Positions 52,263 to 64,000 of a stretch of DNA of 64,000 nt are shown here, in pieces. The position numbers were made by a program, and so were the translations under genes. The notes below the pieces were generated by a model. That model worked only from the letters and a program-made list of their open reading frames with translations, had not been told where the DNA came from and searched no databases. This stretch comes from Utricularia gibba (lineage: Eukaryota; Plantae; Magnoliophyta), in contig NEEC01000013.1 in the NCBI GenBank assembly GCA_002189035.1, positions 2,232,001-2,296,000 of the forward strand, read 5' to 3'. Position 1 is the stretch's first letter, and every line of letters starts with the position of its first letter.

Positions 52263-52847
52263 CTACGCCTCCTTCACTTCCACGGCGGCGACCTTATTGA
52301 GCTCCTCCCTCGGCTTCGCCTCCGGGGAGGCGTCCACCTCGACCTTCTCCTCTATTTTCGCTTCTTCTCCGTCGGCGGCCGTGGTCTTGGGAGGATCGAT
52401 TTCAACCGCCTTCTCGGTCGCAACCGGCTCCTCGAGCTGAAACGCCTCCACGGGGAAGGATCGGTATAGGCCGGCGGGAGTGCGGAAAGTAATTCTTCCG
52501 GAATCGTCGAGATCGATTTCGCTAAGGTTAATCCAAAGCAAAAGCTCCTTCGTCTTCACGCCGGTGAGTTTCTTGATTTTTCCAGGCTGGATCACGGCGG
52601 TGACTTCCTTGGCGTACTGAGCAAGCTTTCCTATTTTCTCAAACTTGTGCTGAGACTTCTGCTTCTGGATGAGCCACACGAACCCGGTTTCCTTGATGTA
52701 CCCGGCTTCTTCCATGTCTTTTAACGGGAGAAGGCCGTTGGGTAGACCCATCTCCGTCAGAAGAAACTTCGACTTCTCCTGGCATATCTCGTCCCCGTGG
52801 TAGATCTCCGACGCGGCGGCTCTGATTTCCTCGGTGATCAGAGACAT
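52263..52847 (-). CDS. DUF538 family protein, SVB-like, with an acidic C-terminal extension
   Basis: MSLITEEIRAAASEIYHGDEICQEKSKFLLTEMGLPNGLLPLKD..GFVWLIQK and KIKKLTGVKTKELLLW. Confidence 0.92.
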   Translation of the reverse strand: MSLITEEIRAAASEIYHGDEICQEKSKFLLTEMGLPNGLLPLKDMEEAGYIKETGFVWLIQKQKSQHKFEKIGKLAQYAKEVTAVIQPGKIKKLTGVKTKELLLWINLSEIDLDDSGRITFRTPAGLYRSFPVEAFQLEEPVATEKAVEIDPPKTTAADGEEAKIEEKVEVDASPEAKPREELNKVAAVEVKEA

Positions 52848-55456
52848 GCTTCCTCTCCCTTCCCCTCAATAAGTCGAAGTAAGAATGATGAAGATGGGAT
52901 TCCCGGGAGCTGCATCATTTATAGATGTATTCACCTCATTTACTCCACATTCTGCTGGCCGTTGGAAGGATTGATGACCTTTTAAAGTTTCTTCCGAAAA
53001 AAAACAAAAAACCATATTTTAAAAATACAAAAATAAAATTTCTTTCATATCCAATCGTTTTCATATGATCTAAAACGATTCAATCGTAATTCAATGGTTT
53101 CATTTGTAATTCTATAGAATTTAACATAATATCTATTCTCGATAAATAAAAACGATTCAATCGTAATTTTTATAAATACGAATGTACCATTTCAGGAGTG
53201 GTGTTTTGATGATTAAATTCTAATTTTTTTCTGATGGACACATGGCATGGCATGGCATGGGCTATCCAGATGAATATTAATGATGTTAGGTGGAGATAGA
53301 ATAAGGTCAATGGGACAGGTGCTGCGGTGCACTCCAATTTAAGACCCTGAGGAGACGGCAGTTTTCACCAACCAACCAACTCCGAACGCGCTGCCATCCA
53401 TCCATCCATCATCCACCCCCACGGGCAGCTACCATCACTCATCACTGCCCCCTCCTCATTTCAGTATTATGTATTAAAACAATTAATCTCATATCACAAA
53501 ATGAAAATGAAATAATCAAATATATTAAATATTACAGATCGATTAAATTTAATCTTTTTTAATATAATCTATTTCACATATATACACCAAATAATTAATT
53601 TAGATATTATGATAGTTTAAAGAATTCATTATTAAAATATGTAGATATGAGTGGGATGTGACACGTACACAGGGGGCTCGTCTTCATGATCGCCATCCTC
53701 ATTCATTTCACGCGCACCCTCCTGCTGCCCGGTGCTGGGGAAGAACAACTTGCTATTGCAGTCGGCAGTTACCGTTGTCGGCGGTGGTGGATGGCTCCTG
53801 GACCTGGACTGTCTCGACAAGGAGGCCAGGAGATGGTTCTGATTTACAGGCACACCAAGTCTATTTGTGGATGGGAGGAGGGGTGACATTTTTTATGCAT
53901 AAGAAATGGGATGGATAGTGTTGCTTTTTAGGGAGGGACTGGTTTGGGGCTATGGGCCCGAAGGATCTGATTTCACATGGGGCTATAAAAGGAGCAGCTG
54001 GTGGGTGGAAATTCAATCTCTCAACTCGTGAGACTGATGACTTGGAGACTTGGTGGGCTTCTTGGTGGCGTCTTCCAAAATCCTCTCAAAACCTTGTTCA
54101 CAACTAAAAAAAAAAAAGAATACTCTATCAATAAATAAATAATTTTTTATGAATCTTGAAAATAAAACTATTGTTAGATATGTTATATGTATTTTTAATA
54201 TTATCATATTCATAAGATTGTAGATATATATCCAATATTATTAGAACCAAATCCGAGTTCCTACCAATAATGAAATGAGGTGTCACTAATTGAGGATGTT
54301 AATTGTCTAAAAAGGAGAATATTAAATCAAAGTCATGTTGATGGTATCTCATATTAATTACGAATGGAAAAGAATACGTATTTAAATAGAAGAATCATTC
54401 TAATCTTACATTTGAATATTCGAAATGAACAATATTATGCAAAAAGAGAATACATCATTTGAATATATTCTCGACAATACTGTAAGGTATACCCATGATC
54501 TATCTAGCATATCTAAGAGACTCACCCGTGTTTTGGCGATAGAAAACTCTTGTACTACAAATTTATCAAATCTACTTGGGATAAGACATACACGTCTAAT
54601 AATATGGTTGAAGTGAGGACATGAAAAACGTGCTCCCCGTTGAGAATGGAGATTGGAGTGAGTGTTAGGGAGAGGGCAGGGTATTAGTCGAGTAAAATGT
54701 ATTGTATGGCAGGGAGAGGCAATTGGAGTCATCCATCCATCCAGCCAGCCAGCCAGCCAGCGGGTGGCATGCCAGATATTGTGGGGACGCCCCGGCACCG
54801 CACATGTGCTTTCCTTTCCTTGAGTATTAGTGTGCGTATTAGTAGTGGTATCTTCACACTGAGATTTGATTTGGATCGCTCTTCCCTCTTGGTGCCACTG
54901 CCAGCTGTGCTCTTCACCGCACAATCATTCTTTCAACTTACTTGAGGCGACTACGCAACCAAAATCAATTCACTCATTCCCATTTCAAATGTTGTAACAC
55001 ATAATCAAAATAAATTATTCCAATGGTTAAAAAATCCGATGAATTGGCATAAACGTATATATAAATATTCAAATATACTAGAAATGTGAATTATATTAAA
55101 AAAAATAAACTCAATGAATTATTAATAATATTTAATTTTTTATATATTTGATTTACAATTAGTTGTTCTAATACAAACATCATCAAAATATGTCTCATAA
55201 TGGTTAGTGTGCCAAAATAATTTAAATTATGATTTTTTAAACACTATTAACGTAAACGGAATGAATAGTACAGATACATGTTTCATATGGACCAGGGATT
55301 GGGGCTGGGGTTTGTTTAATTGGATGGAGGGACAGGTTGGGGCATCAGTCTTTTTTCAAATATATCTCATTATTTTTAATTAACAAATTAATAAGAAATT
55401 GGTGGATTGGGCACATGGCTGGCTGTTAGCATTCGGTACCCTCCCTATACGGTAAA

Positions 55457-55464
<8 letters not shown>

Positions 55465-55494
<30 letters not shown>
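55465..55494 (+). repeat. (AG)15 microsatellite
   Basis: Direct reading. Confidence 0.9.
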
Positions 55495-55498
<4 letters not shown>

Positions 55499-55734
55499 GT
55501 TAGTTTCCGTTTTACTATTTCATGATTAAGGGGTAAAAATGACATTTCATAAAATAAAAAGGATAATTGAATAAAATAATTTGCAACAGTATCACACGTG
55601 GCGGTAATACCCCAACAAGATTTTTACACACAAAAAAGGAAAAAAATGCCCAGCAGTAGTAATTGGGAATATTGACAGCATTTATTTGTAACAAAGGGAA
55701 AAAGTACCAAGAGGAGGGGAGTGAGGCCTGGAGT

Positions 55735-56265
55735 TCACGCGCCGCCGTTGAGCACGGCCGTGAGGAATGTCATGGCTTTCACTTGCATTTCCAAGGCTGC
55801 GATATAATCAGTAGTTTCGGCGAGGAGTCCAGGCAGAGAGATTTTACGGCATCCGGGAACTAAGCGGCTCAGGGCGTGAATTTTCTGCTGCAAAGGCGAG
55901 GGAGGCGGCCTCATCCGCGCCGCCGGCGCTCTGCGAATCAAGGCGGCGGTGGAGATTCTACCAGTGATCTTACGAGTTTTATTGAAGCCAGCGCGGTGGC
56001 GGCTGAGGATGGCTCGGCTCCAGCGCGTTTGTCCCCCGGCGGAAACTGCGAGAACATGGTCCGCGGCATTGCGGACGACGCCGCTTCTCACGCCCTCCGA
56101 TTCCGTGCGACGGAGAACCCGCAAGGCGGTTACAAGCTTCGACGAATAGATCTGTTTCTCCACCTCCGTCTGCCATCTCCCCTCGCCTTCAACTTCAACT
56201 TGTCGCCTCCTCCGATTAGGCAGCAGCCTCGATTTCGACGATGAGGAAACTTCAGATTTCGCCAT
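55735..56265 (-). CDS. Atypical bHLH, AIF (bHLH147-150)-like, intronless
   Basis: RWQTEVEKQIYSSKLVTALR, VRNAADHVLAVSAGGQTRWSRAIL and the HLH LSRLVPGCRKISLPGLLAETTDYIAALEMQVKAM. The second ATG (56265) is the preferred start; 56298 is possible. Confidence 0.9.
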   Translation of the reverse strand: MAKSEVSSSSKSRLLPNRRRRQVEVEGEGRWQTEVEKQIYSSKLVTALRVLRRTESEGVRSGVVRNAADHVLAVSAGGQTRWSRAILSRHRAGFNKTRKITGRISTAALIRRAPAARMRPPPSPLQQKIHALSRLVPGCRKISLPGLLAETTDYIAALEMQVKAMTFLTAVLNGGA

Positions 56266-57534
56266 AACGAATTCGGATTCCACAATATCCTTCCACAATT
56301 CCCAATCCCACGAACCCTAACCTAAACCAATCCAGCAAAACACACCAAATTACATAAACCGCCAACGCAAATGAAAGCAGCAACCACCAGATTCCCAGAA
56401 AAACTCCGAGCAACGTACCTTGCACAATTCCACGGCGAACCGCCGGCAGTTTTCTCAGAGAAGAGATGAATTGAAGGACGAGTGAGTCACGGTATATAAA
56501 GGAGTGAGTACCATGACAGCACAGCTAGCCCCCTTCAACATTAATAATTAATAAGAGTAAAAAGACGCAGTAGAAGAAATAATTTTTACCATTTTTAATG
56601 TATAGTTCATATCTCATTAAAAAAAACGTGTTCCATAACTTAACAAATACCCTGATGTGCCAATGTCTTTTAGTTGTATAAAAAATTATAAAATTTTAAC
56701 ACATGATCACTATTCACTTTTCTAAACGATCCGTATTTAATATTCCAAAAGGGAGCCTAAATAGGTTTTATATTATATTTTTTTTTGAAAAAAAAGTAAC
56801 ATAACATTTTTCATGAGGTTTTCTAAAAAAAGATTTTCTTTTATTTGAATCATTTTTTGAAAATTAATTTTCAAAAAACATATTATTAAAAATAAGTAAT
56901 TCTTATTTCACAATCAAAGTAATTTTAAAACATTTTTTAGAATAAAAAATTTGAAAAAAGAGGTCAAACATATAGAGTGTAGTGTGTGCGACCTAATCAA
57001 TAATTTCATAAGTAATAGTTAGTGTATAAGTAGATATAGAATATTTACAAGCATGCTATTTAAAATTAAGCAACTTAATTATTAAATAAATAACATTTTA
57101 TCAAGTTGGATAATAAATAGGTGGAGTAATTAAAATTGAAATAAGTTAAGAATAAGTAAAAATAGAAATATATTATGTAAATCATTTACTTTTACTTTTT
57201 AAAAGAAGTCACATTATCTAAACCCATATAATTGTTTGCTTTCTCATGTTGGCGCTCTCTGACGACTGGATGCTTACACTTGTCCCTCGGTATTCCTAAC
57301 TGTTGCCCGTGTCAAAACATGGTGCTTTGTGCCCCATTGTTGTATTGGTGAGATGGGGAGCTCGGAACAGTGTTGGCCACTGTGCCCATCATGCTGGATG
57401 GTGGTCGGTTAGGGTCCGGGTAGACTGCACCATGAGTGATGATGATGATGCTGAAGTCGGTGGAGGAGTTATAAAAGAGGGAAGAAGCAGGGAGCGGGGG
57501 CACTCAGACTGCTGCTTTTGTATTGTTGTCTGCT

Positions 57535-57576
<42 letters not shown>
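57535..57576 (+). repeat. (TTG)14 microsatellite inside a GC-rich island
   Basis: Direct reading. Confidence 0.9.
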
Positions 57577-57577
<1 letters not shown>

Positions 57578-58501
57578 ATCGGGTGGTGCAAAGGTCCCCT
57601 CTGCGTGGGCGAGTCTCCACCACACCGCCACCCACATCGCGACGCACGCGGATGCACCAAAAGCTGAGAACCCACGAGCCCACCCAAGCTTCCAACTCCA
57701 ACACGCACACACATTAGCCTGGTTACAACGAATCTGCGCCAATATGCGGCTTTCTTCGTGTTTTATAATTTTTAAAAATATATTTATATTAAAATATGAT
57801 AATATCATAATATATTCAACTTTATAATATATATTTTATTTTATTAAATTTTATATTATAGTTTTATATTATTTTACAAAAACATTTTTATCATTTCAAA
57901 TTGATTTTATTTTTTTATATGAAACACAACTTCAAATTATGATATACACAAACATTCATGATATAGATTCTTATAGTGAATGATCTAGTGATGAAATTAT
58001 TAAGGAGGAATCTTGAGTATCAAATTAGAAGGAATAAAAATAATTTCAACTATTGAAATTAATTTAAGAGAGTTGTATTAGTTTATTCTATGTCTAATGT
58101 TGACACTCTTCATGACTAAAATTATATTTTAAATTTTGAAAAAGGTGGTAATTTTTAGAGTAGCAAAGACTGTGGACCAGATGATGGATTTGGGGATAGC
58201 TCCATTTAATTATTATTAATTATTATATTTTTAGGGCTTAGTGCGATTGTCAATAATTTAATTATTATTAATTGCTAATCATTAGCAAAAACGCATCTTC
58301 TCTTCCTTGGATTTGGATCTTGGAACTCCATTTTCCTGTTTCAATTTGGGAAGAAGTAGGTCACGCGGCAAAGACAGCGTGCAATTCCTTCCCTATCTGA
58401 TACTGATCGGTAGATTGTAGCCTGCAATCTGCGTCTGGGTAGCGCTGATTCATTCTCGGGGCTTGGATTTTGGTTTGGGGGTCGTTTGGGAAGAAGCCCA
58501 A

Positions 58502-59524
58502 ATGGCGTCGAAACAGCCATACGCGACGAGCAGTTTGGTCATCGGTTATGCCTTGTGTTCGAGCTTGCTTGCTGTGATCAACAAATTCGCGGTTTCAAAA
58601 TTCAACTACCCAGGGCTTCTAACTGCTTTTCAGTACTTGACATCAGTTGTTGGAGTTTGGGTTCTTGGGAAATTTGGGTTCTTGCGCCACGATGCCTTTA
58701 CTCTGGAGACAGCCAAGAAGTTTCTTCCGGCTGCATTTGTCTTTTACTTGGCGATTTTCACCAATACAAATCTCCTTCGTCATGCTAATGTTGATACGTT
58801 TATAGTTTTCAGATCATTGACTCCTCTTCTTGTCGCAATTGCGGACACATTGTTCAGGAAGCAGCCATGCCCATCAAAACTTACGTTTCTCTCGTTAGTG
58901 ATCATTCTAGTTGGTGCGGTGGGATATGTAATTACTGATAAGGGGTTTACATTGACTGCATATTCTTGGGCGTTTGCGTATTTGGTGACTATTACTACAG
59001 AGATGGTTTATATCAAGCACATGGTCACTAATCTCGGACTCAACACTTGGGGATTTGTGTTGTACAACAATTTGCTGTCTTTGATGATGTCGCCGTTTTT
59101 TTGGGTTATAACGGGGGAGTATGCCGATGTTTTTGCTGCTGTTTCATCATCACGAGGAGATTTGTTTGAGCCTGTTGCATTCTTCTCTGTTTCATTATCT
59201 TGTGTTTTTGGATTGCTAATCAGTTTCTTCAGTTTTGCGGCTCGAAAGGCTATCTCTGCGACAGCATTCACTGTCACCGGGGTTGTGAACAAGTTCTTGA
59301 CTGTTGTTATAAATGTACTGATCTGGGATAAACATGCTACTCCCTTTGGTCTGTTGTGCCTTTGCCTGAGTCTTGTTGGAGGAGTTTTGTATCAGCAATC
59401 TGTCACTCAAGGAATCCCTAAGGCCTTAAACCAGCCAGACGCTTCTTTAGCCAAGCAATTGGTACGTAATTCTGATGATGATAGAGCACACAGAGATGAA
59501 GAAAAAGGAATTCCTGGTAAATGA
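58502..59524 (+). CDS. GFT1: GDP-fucose transporter 1 (GONST4-like nucleotide-sugar transporter)
   Basis: SSLVIGYALCSSLLAVINKFA, FYLAIFTNTNLLRHANVDTFIVFRS and SATAFTVTGVVNKFLTV. Start at the ATG of MASKQ. Confidence 0.93.
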   Translation: MASKQPYATSSLVIGYALCSSLLAVINKFAVSKFNYPGLLTAFQYLTSVVGVWVLGKFGFLRHDAFTLETAKKFLPAAFVFYLAIFTNTNLLRHANVDTFIVFRSLTPLLVAIADTLFRKQPCPSKLTFLSLVIILVGAVGYVITDKGFTLTAYSWAFAYLVTITTEMVYIKHMVTNLGLNTWGFVLYNNLLSLMMSPFFWVITGEYADVFAAVSSSRGDLFEPVAFFSVSLSCVFGLLISFFSFAARKAISATAFTVTGVVNKFLTVVINVLIWDKHATPFGLLCLCLSLVGGVLYQQSVTQGIPKALNQPDASLAKQLVRNSDDDRAHRDEEKGIPGK

Positions 59525-61072
59525 ACACTGTATTGCATCAGCTTTCCTGAAGCATTATCACCCCCTTTTCGAGATTTGTTTTTATAATTCATGCATTATG
59601 GTCAAATGTTCCATCTACTTGAAGTTTCAGTATTCTAGCCTGCTAGTAGCATCATATTTTCCTTTGTAACCATCTCTGCTGTCCCATTTCTGAGCTTTGT
59701 AAGTGATTTATGGAAATCTCAATTTTCTCCATGCATTTTATGTTGGCATCCATGAGGATGCGGTTTGTATTCTTACTGCTAGTTACGCAATACATGCATA
59801 TTGTGTGGCTTCTGCATCAGATGGTTCTGAGGACGCAAAGTAGTTTCCCTTCCCCATCAGTGAATTGATCTAAAATAACTAGAGAATGGTTTGGCATTGC
59901 TCTTTTGAGATATGCAAACCTCATTCCAGCCCATGCCAGAGCAGCATCATCCTCAAATGGCTCTCTGCACAAAGAATCAACATGCATTCTAAAGGGAGGG
60001 TAAGTACATTACTTGTCGTGTGGGTTTTGCTTCTCAAATATGAAGAGAAAGCGGAGCATCTTTTTCATTCTTGTAATGCAGCCGCCCGGTAGAGTGTTTT
60101 GTCTTCTACCCAAAGGTATGATTCTCTTCTCGGTTCCCATGTTACTTGGGTCCATTGGGGCCACTGTCCAGTCCTCATCATTCACAGGGACTTGGGTGCG
60201 TACAACTCGCACAAATTAAATTTGTGCTCGGGCCTATGTATTAAATGAAAAAAAAGGAATAATATCTGACGTGGATAATCAGAATATGCAAATTTTAATT
60301 ATTAAATTGAATGTTAATTAAATGCGTCAAAAAAAAAGGGGGGAAATGGAAAGTGGCCACTCAATGCTCACCTTAAGGGAGTAGGAGACTTGAGACTATT
60401 TCCTGATGCGCAATTGGAGCATTTTTCGTTTTTTTTTTAATTTGAATTTCGCATCTCCGGCTCTGTTCCTTGGATGCTACATTGCGCCCCAAATTCAAAA
60501 CCCAGCCCTGTTTTTGGTTGGATCGTACGAGATCTGGACATCGCGGACGCGTGTTCTTCTTCATTTTTAGCTTCTTTTGACTTATTCCCGTCAGGCTCTG
60601 CCTGCAATCTGTTACTGTTTTGGGAATGAGTCTTCCGTAACGGTACGTTGTTTAATGGGCTGCGTTTGGAAGATTCGGGGAGGCGTCTAGCTGCATTACG
60701 CGCTTTTAAGAATGTGATGAAAAGCTTGGAATCGCGGAGATCGGATGAAAGTGTTTTCTCCGCGAAGTGGGTTTCCCGGATTCTGCTGAAATCCGCACTC
60801 TTTTATCAGTTGGTTCTCACATGTGGTATTCCCTTTTTTCTGATTGGGTGATCCGTGGGCATACTTTGTTATAGAACAAGGAAACTTTCTTCTCCTCTGT
60901 TTGCGAATTTATCTCTGCATTTGAGTTTTCTGGGAGTGTGATTTTATGGTTGATCTTGTTGCAGGATTTGACGATGGAGTTGTTAGCAGCCATTCACAGT
61001 CTTACAGGTTTTAACATTTGGTGTACGTGCTCGCTCTGAAACACTTAGAACTGTAAATATTTGAGGTTATAA

Positions 61073-64000
61073 ATGGAGGTGGAGAAGAGGGGAATGAAAG
61101 GGGGCTTTTTTCAATTGTTTGACTGGAATGCTAAATCTCGAAAGAAGCTGTTCCCTAGCAAATCTGATACGCCTGGTATTTCCTTATCTCATTCTACTGT
61201 AGAAAACTCCCCATAATAATGTGAAGCTTAGCATTTTAGTGTGCTTGTGGTGCAGAGACCTCGAACTCGGGAAAAGCGAATCATCGTAGTTCATTGATTG
61301 CAAGAAATCAGATGGTAATGGACATGAAGCCGTAATGCTAAAATTTTGTTTTCAGGTTATGGATGATGCTTTAAAACTTATGTTTGTATTCTTTTGAACT
61401 GAAGGAGCCTGACAAAGGGTATCTTCCAAAAGCTGAAGGTGAAAACAGTTACCACTCTGCTGGGTCATCTAATGGTGATCTTGAATACGGAAAAAAAGCA
61501 CCTGGTGTCGTGGCGCGTTTGATGGGATTGGACTCATTGCCAAACTCAAATGCCAATGAACCTTTTCTCAGTCCATTTTTGGGGGCTCACCTTTTCAGAG
61601 ATCCTGGTTATTTGATGTCTCCTCAGGATTTACCAGTTGAACATGATATTGTTATATTCGAGAGTGTTCGGAATAAACTTGATGGGCTGACGCAGAATCC
61701 TTTGGAACTTGGAATGAAGAAAGCGCCTAGCAGGCCAATAGAGAGATTTCAAACAGAGGGTTTACCTCCAAAATCTGCTAAGCCAGTTTCTTTGAGCCAC
61801 CATCGGCTTCTTTCACCTATCAAGAGTCCTGGTTTTGTTCCCCCCAAAAATGCTGCTTATATCATTGAGGAAGCAGCCAAAATGATTGAGCAAAGTTCTC
61901 GTTCAACAATTAAAGGAACAGCACACAACATAGGCTCTTCTGTTCCACTTCGAAATCGGAATTTTAGAGAAAAGATGGAGGGTGTGGAAAGATCATCTCA
62001 AACATTTGGCATGCCAAGTACACCAAAAGAGGTGAGTTCCAGAAAAAATATGAGGAGCCAAATTCATTTCAGGGTTCAGGAGCAGTCAGAAGACAATTTT
62101 AGGAGGTCAGAAGAATCTAGAGGTATAGGCTCGCAGAAATCCTGGGTCAAGGAGAAGACAGATTTTCCGGCTGTTCAGCAGGCAAAGATTAACACCCAGA
62201 GAAGAAATGGATCAGTCTCAGTTTCTAGCAGAAGTCTTGGAAAACAAAAGGAACATAATGATGCCAAACTGGCTGGTTTGAGTCGGAATATTACTGATCC
62301 ACATAAGAGAGTGAAAAAGCATACTTCATCAAGGAGTTCTGAGGCTCTCAGATTGAATAACCAAAAGCAAAACCGTGCATCTACAGAAGGCATTGACAAT
62401 TTTGAATCATCCTTTTGTCACCCCAAGCTGAGAAAAGAGTCCAATCAATCCATCAGTAATGCCCAGGGTCGAACAAGTCAGACAGTAGATAAGATTTTTG
62501 TGAGCAACGTCATAGCATCCAAGAAGATGAACATCATGGTACCTGATCTCAGAAAGCAGCCTCCATCTCTAAGCTCAAAGAACGGTTGTAAGAAAAAACT
62601 GCCTGTCATTGGTAATATTCCGATAACTGGAAATGTTGAAGACAGGACTACAGAAATGAAAGCAGCCAACTTATATAAATATAATGCTTTTGAAGATAAT
62701 TCTGAATGGGATGGAATTGAAAAGAAGAAGACATTGGATGTCGTGTCATTCACATTTACATCTCCAATAAAAAAGTCAGGTGCTGGATCCAGCCTGCATG
62801 ACACTGTCTTTGGATCAGATAGTTCGGTGTTTCCCAGTTCCAGGCTGCTTAGGCATGAAATGGATCTCAGCGTTTCTGCTGCATCATCGTCAGGAATTAG
62901 TGCTACTATTGGAGGAGATGCTCTAAGTGCGCTTTTGGAACAAAAGCTAAGAGAATTGACTTCTAATGTATTGCTGTCCCAAGACCATTTGAGATTTTTT
63001 GGTTATGAATGTGACAATGGAGATGTCCTGTCGAGCCCAAGTTCTGTGAAATTCATGCAAAAAGACAACAGTGGATCCATCAATAAACAAGAAATCCATA
63101 GTTCTTTCGCGGATTGTCCTTCAAACAGCAATCCTGGGTCAAACGATCTTGAGGTGAGGATATGGTACATTTTTTTAACTTTGCATCATGGAATAGTTGG
63201 CCTTTGGAATGCCTGAGATAAAGTCATGAACATGCACACGTGGTTGCATATTAATTACCAAGATGAATGGACTATTTTTTCATGAAACATCTAGTCAAGA
63301 GGAATGATACATATGAGTAAAATTTAATTTTATTCTAATGGTTGTGTGCGTGATTTTTCAGATGCTAGAACGTTTTGAAGCTAATGGTCATGCCACTAAC
63401 ACGGATCACCAGAAAGCTTCACAAGCCTCCCACCCCTTTTCAGCTCAGCCCGGGGGTGCTTCTGATTCATTTGAAGTTGATGAAAGCTCCGTTGAAGGTA
63501 AAGCTATGCATCTGTAAGCTTGTACATTCTTTATTTTAAATAGTCTAATCTGCTTGAAGAAATACCGCTTATGGAAAACTTTGCTATAGAACTACACTAA
63601 AAAGATGGCAGAGTATGAGGTGGATAAATGACTTTTGGGATCCCAAAATTTGCTCTATTCTTGTTTCCTGTGGTTTTACCCTTTTGAGAGAACAGAATAA
63701 TGATATGTACAACTACTTGTCATCCCTCTTATATCAGATCCTTTTCAATGATTTTCAGGCGAATATACTTGCTTGTCTTATGCTTCTCATGAAGAGGCAT
63801 ACTGGAGTTCTACAAGGCAATCACATCTTACTGAGTGTGACCACGAGGTCTTAGACACCATGTCTTCAAACTCAGTTGAAGCCTTGTCTGAAAACACCAC
63901 ATCCTGTTCATATATGATAAATCCAAAAGATTCTTCCTCGAACTGGCAACTGCTATACATCGGAGATATACTTGAAGATGCTGTGATTCTCACAGATGAG
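61073..64000 (+). CDS. TRM/LONGIFOLIA-related protein (VARLMGL / DUF4378 family); 3' end runs off the window
   Basis: MEVEKRGMKGGFFQLFDWNAKSRKKLF start, GVVARLMGLDSLP, RPIERFQTEGLPPKSAK, DVVSFTFTSPIKK and GGDALSALLEQKLREL. Confidence 0.88.

Noticed and set aside
57478-57502. GAAGAAGCAGGG, resembling part of miR164
   Set aside because: Only a partial match, and there is no complementary star arm or precursor hairpin.
60648-60851. 67-aa ORF upstream of the TRM gene
   Set aside because: It has a non-ATG start, lies in the 5'UTR intron region and shows no recognisable motif.

Overview
Plant (eudicot-like) nuclear euchromatin. It is very gene-dense: about 23 loci in 64 kb, mostly short GT-AG introns, AT-rich spacers and no recognisable transposon ORFs. 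Left to right: NDUFB7 (partial), N-myristoyltransferase, ATG12, a frameshifted proline-rich membrane protein, a 62-aa small protein, two tandem B-type-like response regulators with non-phosphorylatable receiver domains, TAF9, RPT1a, an MPPE1/Cdc1-like metallophosphoesterase, a large AAA+ ATPase, WDR74/NSA1, PEAMT with its conserved-peptide uORF, WOX1, SAM synthetase, pyroglutamyl peptidase I, a WAT1/UMAMIT transporter, TRAPPC4, a multiply disabled ECHIDNA/TVP23 pseudogene, an SVB-like DUF538 gene, an AIF-like atypical bHLH, a GDP-fucose transporter and a TRM/LONGIFOLIA-family gene (partial). No rRNA, tRNA or CRISPR features were found. I cannot demonstrate a wholly new system. The best leads are the diverged tandem pseudo-response-regulator pair, the ECHIDNA pseudogene (absent from the ORF track) and a cryptic spliced exon chain behind the GDP-fucose transporter. 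Gene identities and Arabidopsis comparisons come from recall of the families, not from database searches.
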